Part shown: positions 57,221-64,000 of the stretch, piece by piece
Position numbering within the stretch: the stretch's first letter is position 1
Layout: every line of letters begins with the position of its first letter
Assembly: GCA_045653705.1 (NCBI GenBank)
Contig: JAZOMG010000044.1
Span: forward strand, 10,137 to 74,136
Direction of reading: 5' to 3'
DNA length: 64,000 bases
From: Eubacteriales bacterium
GTDB taxonomy: Bacteria > Bacillota > Clostridia > Oscillospirales > CAG-272
The notes under the pieces: generated by a model
Database searches by the model: none
Seen by the model: the letters and a program-made list of their open reading frames with translations, nothing else
Told to the model about the DNA's origin: nothing
Program-made: the position numbers and the translations under genes

Positions 57221-59041
57221 ATGTCAAACACCGAAAAGCAAAAAAATATACGTAATTTTTCAATAATAGCTCATATTGACCACGGAAAGTCCACCCTTGC
57301 CGACAGAATACTTGAGGCTACTCAAACGGTCTCGGCAAGAGAAATGGAAGCCCAGCTTCTCGATAATATGGAGCTTGAAAAGGAGAGGGGAATAACCATA
57401 AAGGCGACGGCTGTTCGCCTTACCTATAACGCCCCCGACGGCGAGGTCTATCAGTTCAATCTTATAGACACCCCCGGTCACGTGGACTTCAACTATGAGG
57501 TTTCCCGTTCTCTCAATGCCTGTGACGGAGCGCTCCTTGTTGTAGACGCGACACAGGGAATAGAGGCGCAGACCCTTGCCAACGCCTACCTTGCGGTAGA
57601 CAGCAATCTTGAGATAATTCCCGTTATAAACAAAATAGATCTGCCCTCTGCCGACGTAGAGCGGGTAAGGGGAGAGATAGAGGATATTATCGGCATTCCC
57701 GCCGAGGACTGCCCCGCTGTCTCGGCAAAAACAGGGCTTAACATCGAGCAGGTGCTCTCGGCGGTGGTGGATTACGTTCCCGCCCCTAAGGGAGACGCGG
57801 CTGCCCCCTTAAAGGCTCTTATATTCGACTCCTACTATGACAGCTATCTTGGAGTTGTGGTAAATATCCGAGTTTTCGACGGCTCGGTCAGAAGCGGAGA
57901 TAAGATAAGGCTTATGAGCACGGGCGCTACCTTTGACGTGGTTGACGTGGGATACATGACACCCTTTGGCTTGCAAAAGACCGACAGCCTGTCGGCAGGC
58001 GAGGTTGGATATATTACCGCTTCTATCAAAAATATCGGAGATACCCGTGTGGGTGATACGGTGACCCTTGATGAAACGCCCACGGCAGAGGCGCTCCCCG
58101 GCTTCAAGGCTGTTCAGCCCATGGTATACGCAGGTATCTATCCCGCCGACGGCGCGCGCTACGGCGACCTGAGAGACGCTCTTGAGAAGCTTCAGCTGAA
58201 CGATGCGGCTCTTGTGTTCGAGCCAGAGACCTCTATTGCTCTCGGCTTCGGCTTCCGTTGCGGATTTTTGGGACTTTTGCATATGGAGATAATCGAGGAG
58301 AGATTGGAAAGGGAATTTAATCTTGACCTTATAACCACAGCCCCCTCGGTAATCTACGAGGTAAAGCGGAGAGACGGCGAAAAGGTGCGCATAGATAACC
58401 CCTCAAACTTCCCCCCTGCCGATGAAATAGACGTGGCGTACGAGCCGCTCGTAAGGGCTAATATCATAACTCCCACCGAATACGTAGGCGGTCTTATGGA
58501 CCTTTGTCAGGACAGGCGCGGTAATTTCCTTGATATGAAATATATCGATACTACCCGTGTGGAGCTTCATTACGACCTGCCTCTCAACGAGATAATCTAC
58601 GATTTCTTTGACGCGCTGAAGAGCCGTTCAAGAGGTTATGCGTCTCTTGACTACGAGCTTGGTGAGTACGTGCCCAGTAAGCTTGTAAAGCTTGACTTTC
58701 TCCTTAACGGAGAGCAGGTGGATGCTCTGTCCTTTATAGTTCACGAGGAAAAGGCGTACGGACGGGCAAGAAGAATTGCGGAAAAGCTTAAGGATAATAT
58801 TCCGCGACAGCTCTTTGAAGTGCCGATACAGGCAGCCATAGGCTCAAAGATAATCGCCCGTGAGACGGTAAAGGCTATGCGTAAGGACGTTCTTGCCAAG
58901 TGCTACGGCGGTGACATTACCCGAAAGAAGAAGCTGCTTGAAAAGCAGAAAGAGGGTAAAAAGAAGATGCGTCAGCTCGGCTCTGTACAGGTGTCTCCCG
59001 AGGCGTTTATGGCTGTGCTTAAGCTTGACGATGATAATTGA
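57221..59041 (+). CDS. lepA: Elongation factor 4
   Basis: [40 protein letters not shown]. Confidence 0.98.
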   Translation: MSNTEKQKNIRNFSIIAHIDHGKSTLADRILEATQTVSAREMEAQLLDNMELEKERGITIKATAVRLTYNAPDGEVYQFNLIDTPGHVDFNYEVSRSLNACDGALLVVDATQGIEAQTLANAYLAVDSNLEIIPVINKIDLPSADVERVRGEIEDIIGIPAEDCPAVSAKTGLNIEQVLSAVVDYVPAPKGDAAAPLKALIFDSYYDSYLGVVVNIRVFDGSVRSGDKIRLMSTGATFDVVDVGYMTPFGLQKTDSLSAGEVGYITASIKNIGDTRVGDTVTLDETPTAEALPGFKAVQPMVYAGIYPADGARYGDLRDALEKLQLNDAALVFEPETSIALGFGFRCGFLGLLHMEIIEERLEREFNLDLITTAPSVIYEVKRRDGEKVRIDNPSNFPPADEIDVAYEPLVRANIITPTEYVGGLMDLCQDRRGNFLDMKYIDTTRVELHYDLPLNEIIYDFFDALKSRSRGYASLDYELGEYVPSKLVKLDFLLNGEQVDALSFIVHEEKAYGRARRIAEKLKDNIPRQLFEVPIQAAIGSKIIARETVKAMRKDVLAKCYGGDITRKKKLLEKQKEGKKKMRQLGSVQVSPEAFMAVLKLDDDN

Positions 59042-59063
59042 GGATAGAGCTATTGATATCAAC

Positions 59064-59086
59064 GCTGCTTGCGTAACGCAAGCAGC
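59064..59086 (+). terminator. Hairpin after lepA
   Basis: GCTGCTTGCG-TAA-CGCAAGCAGC; no U-tract, REP element follows immediately. Confidence 0.45.
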
Positions 59087-59361
59087 TACACCTCATCAGT
59101 CGCCATTCGGCGACAGCTTCCCCTCAAGGGGAAGCCTTAGTACGGTTACTCTTAGTATACATATAGCGCACTAAACCGTATAATTTCTGAAGCTAATATG
59201 TAGAGCTTATATTTGTAATTTTAGGCTGTTCAAATTGTTAACGGTATATGTTACTTAAAGGTTTTCCACGAGACAAAAACTTAATATAGCAATGTGTTAC
59301 TAATAAAAAGGCTTCCCCTTGAGGGGAAGCTGTCGAGCGGACGCGAGACTGATGAGGTGTA
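59087..59361. repeat. Inverted pair of REP-like elements (59087-59138 and 59308-59361)
   Basis: Both read AAGGCTTCCCCTTGAGGGGAAGCTGTCG-(variable)-GACTGATGAGGTGTA on opposite strands. Confidence 0.9.
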
Positions 59362-59429
59362 GAACGCGGAGCGTTCGTATTATCCGTCAATACACACTTT
59401 TTCAGTAAACCTGCAACTAATGAGGTGTT

Positions 59430-59795
59430 ATGAATAAAACAAGTAATAAAAAACTCACGGGCGTATCCAAGATACTTCGCAAAAATATGACACCCGAAGA
59501 AAAACATCTTTGGTATGATTTTCTTAAGCTATTGCCGTATACGGTAAACCGCCAAAAAGTCATAGGCGCTTATGTGATTGATTTTTACTGTGCCGCCTCA
59601 AAAACAGCCATTGAGATTGATGGCTCACAGCATTACGAGCCACGCGGAAAATATGAGGACGGAATACGTGATGAATATTTAAAAAATCTCGGCATAACCG
59701 TTTTGAGGTATTCAAACATAGATATCCACCAAAATTTTGATAGTGTTTGTGCAGATATTTTAAAGCATATATCGGGCGATGAAACAATCTTGTAA
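59430..59795 (+). CDS. DUF559 / Vsr-like endonuclease domain protein
   Basis: LRKNMTPEE..LW, RQ..IG.Y.IDFYC, IEIDGSQH, D..RD..L...G..VLR motifs. Confidence 0.9.
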   Translation: MNKTSNKKLTGVSKILRKNMTPEEKHLWYDFLKLLPYTVNRQKVIGAYVIDFYCAASKTAIEIDGSQHYEPRGKYEDGIRDEYLKNLGITVLRYSNIDIHQNFDSVCADILKHISGDETIL

Positions 59796-59823
59796 ATTAA
59801 TATTTTGATTTTAGGAGACAAAA

Positions 59824-60456
59824 ATGACAGAAAAAGAAGAGCTTTTTGTCACTCTTGGGGGCGAGGCGCATGCCGAGTTTGAGGAAAAGCGTTCTCTGTT
59901 TATCGGTCACGCCATACGTACCGACACAGAGGAAGAAGCCCTCGCCTTTATAAAAAAGCTGAAAAAGGAGTATCAGGATGCCACCCACAACGTGTTCGCC
60001 TATATGATGAGGGGCGAGACGGTGGCAAGATACTCCGATGACGGCGAGCCGCAGGGTACTGCGGGTATGCCCGTTCTTGACGTTATCCGCAAAAGCGGGG
60101 TGCGCAACGTCTGCGTTGTCGTCACGAGATACTTCGGCGGAACGCTTTTGGGCGCGGGCGGGCTTGTCAGAGCTTACTCTCACGCCGCATCTATCGCCCT
60201 TGAGCAGGCGGGTATTATAATGTACAGAACCTATAACGAATACGAGCTTGTCTGCGGATACTCGGAATACGGCAAATACAGCGTAATGCTTGGCGATATG
60301 AAAGCCGTTATTGACAACACAGACTTTGCCGAAAAGGTGACCCTGCGATACGCATTGCCCGCGGCAGAGGGAGAGATGGCGGTTTCCAAGATAACCGAGG
60401 CAGGCTTCGGACGTGACATTCCAATAAAGGTAGGCGAACGATTTGATTACCGTTAA
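59824..60456 (+). CDS. YigZ (IMPACT) family protein
   Basis: ATHNVFAY, SDDGEPQGTAG, VTRYFGG.LLGAGGL.RAY. Confidence 0.93.
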   Translation: MTEKEELFVTLGGEAHAEFEEKRSLFIGHAIRTDTEEEALAFIKKLKKEYQDATHNVFAYMMRGETVARYSDDGEPQGTAGMPVLDVIRKSGVRNVCVVVTRYFGGTLLGAGGLVRAYSHAASIALEQAGIIMYRTYNEYELVCGYSEYGKYSVMLGDMKAVIDNTDFAEKVTLRYALPAAEGEMAVSKITEAGFGRDIPIKVGERFDYR

Positions 60457-61927
60457 AAATTTTATAAGAACCGCGAGCGTCCTTTTGCTGACGGTTCTTT
60501 TGTTTAACTCCTGCGTGTCGAAAAACGTCGAGGATTTTCCTTTCGTACCATTAGACACCTTTGACTCAGAGATCAAAACCACCGAATACAGAATTATAAT
60601 TTCGGCTACTGCCTCGGCAGAGCTGACAGAGGCGGTAGAGGAGCTTCGTGATAGGCTTTGTGAGAAGACCTCTGCGCCTGTGGCGATATATCTGGACAGC
60701 GATGAGCTGATATATAAAATGACGGTTTGGGATATATACGTGGGTAACACAAGCTGTCATCTTTCCGTACAGGCACTGAGAGATATGCGGAGCGAGGACT
60801 ATACCTGCCGATCCTATAACCGATATTCAATTGTGGGCGGTAGGAGCGACAGCGCGTCGGTTACGGCGGTATACCGCTATATCTCCGAGCTTCTGCCCCT
60901 TGCCGACAGCTTCAAATTTATACCCGATGGCGGCGGCTTTGATTTTTCGGGTAATTATGACATAGACAGCATCACTCTTCTTGATACCGATATTTCAAGG
61001 TTTGCGGTGGTCTGCGACAAAAATACTTCGGCAGCGGTAGCCGTAGCTCACGGCTTCAGGTCTGCCCTGTCAGACAGGGCGGGGTATTATCTCGACCTCG
61101 CTTATGGCAGTACCGAGGGAAAGAGCATTTCGTTTAAGCTTGACAGTAGCCGCAATGACGGCGAAGCCTACGTCAGCGCCTCGGACGGTGGAATAACCGT
61201 AAGCGCGGCTTCCGTTTACGGCTTGAAAACCGCCGCAGACAGACTTTTGGATATTATTTGCCCCGAGGGAAGCACGGGCAGTCTTTCTCCAAAGCTCTCA
61301 GGGGAGCTGTTTGTGGCTTATTCTGAGCCTACGGTGAGTTTGTCGTTCCTCTGTCTTTCGGGTATCTTACCCATAGACGCGTCAAGTGAGATAACCGACG
61401 TTACCTGGGCGGTAAGCGACAATTCTCCCCATGGAGTCTTTCTTGGAGAGCTTGGCGACAGTGATAAAGCAAGAATACAAAGCGCTCTGCCCGACTATGG
61501 GGATGTCTCCGCTGAAAGCGGCTCGGCTGTTCTTGCGCTCACACATTTATCATCGGAGCTTATATACCGTGAAAGCTCAGGCGGACTTCTTCGGGAGGGA
61601 TACCGCCTAAAGGGCAACGGACTTGACCTTATTTTACTGTACGTCAGCGGCTCGGCAGATGCGGATACTGACATAGAGCTACCACAAGAGCTTGTTTCGG
61701 TAGGGCTTCCTGTTGTGGCGGTGCTCCACACCTATAACGGCGAAGAGGTAAGAGCGGTATGTGAGGGAAACGGGAATTTTTCCAAGGTCTACTCGGACAG
61801 CGTTGCCCATTACGGAGATATCTTTAGCTACGCTTGCTATGCCGATACGGGCTGTCTTTCGGTAAGCCTCAGCGCCGCCGATAACTCCTGCGGATACCGA
61901 CAGATAAGCATAAAGGCTATTTCATAG
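60443..61927 (+). CDS. Putative lipoprotein, unknown function
   Basis: Signal peptide with FNSC lipobox; 494-aa ORF overlapping the yigZ end. Confidence 0.6.
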   Translation: MITVKNFIRTASVLLLTVLLFNSCVSKNVEDFPFVPLDTFDSEIKTTEYRIIISATASAELTEAVEELRDRLCEKTSAPVAIYLDSDELIYKMTVWDIYVGNTSCHLSVQALRDMRSEDYTCRSYNRYSIVGGRSDSASVTAVYRYISELLPLADSFKFIPDGGGFDFSGNYDIDSITLLDTDISRFAVVCDKNTSAAVAVAHGFRSALSDRAGYYLDLAYGSTEGKSISFKLDSSRNDGEAYVSASDGGITVSAASVYGLKTAADRLLDIICPEGSTGSLSPKLSGELFVAYSEPTVSLSFLCLSGILPIDASSEITDVTWAVSDNSPHGVFLGELGDSDKARIQSALPDYGDVSAESGSAVLALTHLSSELIYRESSGGLLREGYRLKGNGLDLILLYVSGSADADTDIELPQELVSVGLPVVAVLHTYNGEEVRAVCEGNGNFSKVYSDSVAHYGDIFSYACYADTGCLSVSLSAADNSCGYRQISIKAIS

Positions 61928-61931
61928 ACGT

Positions 61932-62930
61932 CTACGCGGGCAGTCCGAAAATGGCTCCGAATATGGCGAGAAGAAGAATATTAAGCAGCGCTGCCGCAAG
62001 CTTTGACAGCAGATAGGGGCGAAAGGAAACTCCGCTGTCCGCGCATATGCTCATAATTTGAAAATGAACCGAAAGCCCCGACCAACCCGCAATAGCGGCG
62101 GCGAGATAGTATCCGCTCTTGGATACCGCCGCCGCTTTATATATACCGCTGGTCATTTCAAAAAAGCCAAACCAAAGCGCAGACAGCCAATCGGGCATAG
62201 CCGCCGCGTTGACGGTGTATTCAAGTACTCCCACAAGCGTGGAGAAAAAAACGATGAATGCGCAGATATACAGCATTGACAGAGCGGACGAGGTGATAGC
62301 CGAGGTAAATATCTCAACGCTTCGGCGGCGGGTAAGTCGCTCTTCCTTTTGCCAATATATTTTTTCGGAATTAAATTTTTTCCTTATGTATTTTCCCGCC
62401 ACGCCGATAATGAGGGCGGATATAAGGGAGATGGCGTAAAGAAGCACTCCAAAGGCTCTGCTTCCAAACATAGCCACTCCTGCCGCGCTGATAAGAAAGG
62501 CTGAGCTTGGATTGTTTGAAAAGGTAAGGATGTGACTAAGCTCGGAGCGGTCTATTTTCCCTGCCTTGTAGAGAGATACCCCGCTTTTCGCTCCTATGGG
62601 AAAGCCGCATAAAAGCCCCATAATTACAGCTGCCGCCCCCTCGCCGCTGATGCCGAAGAGAGCCTTAGCGGGTAGGGAAAGAACGCGGGCGAGATATTTT
62701 ACGGCGTTCCCCGAAACAATAAGCTCTGAGAGTACCATAAAGGGAAAGAGAGACGGAATTACCGTCTTTGCGCAGAGGGAAAGAGCGTGTGACATATGCT
62801 TTATGGCAATGTCGGGATTTTTTAGTATAAGCAAAAGTGAAAAAAGCCCCAAAAGCCCCAAAGCGACAGAAGCGGGATCCCTCCTCAGCCTTAGGGGCTG
62901 TTTTTTTATTTTTAGCTTTTCGGACGTCAT
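61932..62930 (-). CDS. ylbJ: Sporulation integral membrane protein YlbJ-like
   Basis: VIPSLFPF, GFPIGA, NNPS..F, FEMT.G, GWSGLSVHFQ motifs. Confidence 0.82.
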   Translation of the reverse strand: MTSEKLKIKKQPLRLRRDPASVALGLLGLFSLLLILKNPDIAIKHMSHALSLCAKTVIPSLFPFMVLSELIVSGNAVKYLARVLSLPAKALFGISGEGAAAVIMGLLCGFPIGAKSGVSLYKAGKIDRSELSHILTFSNNPSSAFLISAAGVAMFGSRAFGVLLYAISLISALIIGVAGKYIRKKFNSEKIYWQKEERLTRRRSVEIFTSAITSSALSMLYICAFIVFFSTLVGVLEYTVNAAAMPDWLSALWFGFFEMTSGIYKAAAVSKSGYYLAAAIAGWSGLSVHFQIMSICADSGVSFRPYLLSKLAAALLNILLLAIFGAIFGLPA

Positions 62931-63006
62931 TGACTTGTCTCCCCGTTCATAGAATTAGTATAGTAAATATTACTGCAATTTTTAAAAAAATATTCGAGGA
63001 GCGGCT

Positions 63007-63306
63007 ATGGAAAGAAAAAAGCGAGTAAGGGGAGACAGAGCGGATATGAGAGAGAGGGTGTGCAGAGCTCTCGATATTTTTCCCGATACCCTTGGAAAAG
63101 CGGCGGTGGTGGAGATAAGGGGGAGAAATTTCGTTTACGTGAGACAGGGGAGCAGAATACTTTTGTATACCCCCGAAAAAATAAGGGTGCGTATTCCCGA
63201 GGGAGCTGTTTGCGTTGAGGGCAAAAGACTTGCCTGCACCGCCTATTCGGCAGGGGCTGTGGGAATTGACGGATATATAGACAGAGTGTCCTTTGAGGAG
63301 CTGTGA
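63007..63306 (+). CDS. yqfC: YabP/YqfC family sporulation protein
   Basis: ILLYT.E.IR, V.G..L, I.G.I..V.F pattern; precedes yqfD. Confidence 0.75.
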   Translation: MERKKRVRGDRADMRERVCRALDIFPDTLGKAAVVEIRGRNFVYVRQGSRILLYTPEKIRVRIPEGAVCVEGKRLACTAYSAGAVGIDGYIDRVSFEEL

Positions 63307-63307
63307 A

Positions 63308-64000
63308 ATGATAAGACCTATCGTTTTTCTGTTTGGATACGTCCGCTTCCGCGCGCCGAGAGAGTACGCCGAGGCGGTGGTGGAGCTATGCCGAAAAAAG
63401 GGCAGGGTATACAGAAATTTCGCCTTTGAGGACGAATATATTACCTTTGAATGCTCGGCGGCGTCCGAAAGAGGATTTTCGCGTATGCTTGCCGAGGCGC
63501 AAATACCTGCCGAGGTAGTTATGCGGCAGGGTATTCCCGCCATTTTTTGGAGATACCGCCACAGATACGGCGCTTTTGCGGGTATTCTTCTTTTTCTTTT
63601 CATCATACTCTTTTCGGGACAGCTTGTGTGGGATGTCCGAGTGGTAGGTAACTCCCGCCTTACCGAGGAAGAGGTGGAAGCGGTGCTTGATGAATGCGGG
63701 CTGTCGGTGGGAATGCTCTGGAGAGGTCTTGAAACTCCCGTTATAGAAACGAGGGCATTGATGGCATCGGAGGATATTGCGTGGATAAGCATAAATCTTC
63801 TGGGGAGCATTGCCGAGGTGCAGATAAGAGAGGATATACCTATCCCCCCCGAGGATATGTATTTTGTTGCCGACCTTGTAGCCGAGCGAGGGGGAGTTAT
63901 CGAGTGGCTTGAGGATACCAGGGGATTTCAGATAGCCGAGATAGGTCAAAGAGTGGAAGAGGGAGATATACTGATAAGCGGAACTTATCCCGAGGATGAA
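63308..64000 (+). CDS. yqfD: Sporulation protein YqfD, partial (runs off window)
   Basis: MIRPIVFLFGYVRF..., TM, VWDVRVVGN, IAWISINL.G, DLVAERGGVI, GDILISG. Confidence 0.85.
   Translation, partial: MIRPIVFLFGYVRFRAPREYAEAVVELCRKKGRVYRNFAFEDEYITFECSAASERGFSRMLAEAQIPAEVVMRQGIPAIFWRYRHRYGAFAGILLFLFIILFSGQLVWDVRVVGNSRLTEEEVEAVLDECGLSVGMLWRGLETPVIETRALMASEDIAWISINLLGSIAEVQIREDIPIPPEDMYFVADLVAERGGVIEWLEDTRGFQIAEIGQRVEEGDILISGTYPEDE

Overview
A 64 kb chromosomal window from a spore-forming clostridial firmicute, judged from spoVT, spoVAD/E, ylbJ, yqfC/D and the gene content. Positions 1-14.25 kb are a visibly AT-rich, co-directional Wzx/Wzy surface-polysaccharide locus with LicD/CDP-polyol, pyruvyl-transferase, two GNAT and FnlA-type deoxy-HexNAc genes. 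The rest is higher-GC backbone: icd/aconitase, a glycine-riboswitch-controlled Ala/Gly symporter, proS, hemW, secG, an ECF sigma module, holA, rpmH-rnpA-yidD-yidC-jag (not next to dnaA), lepA and sporulation genes. Features missing from the ORF track are rpmH, a 6S RNA (47553-47772), a 31-aa Cys-rich peptide gene with a sigmaK-like promoter, and an aconitase interrupted by a single in-frame TAG. The best candidate for an undescribed system is a family of REP-like palindromic elements present as inverted pairs, one directly upstream of a standalone DUF559 endonuclease gene and one nested in an IS200/IS605-like remnant. A second palindrome family forms a 6-copy tandem array with CRISPR-like spacing (not a CRISPR) and also abuts the 6S RNA. 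A MITE and a SLOG/Arc mini-cassette are also present. All product calls rest on motif recognition by eye; no searches were run.
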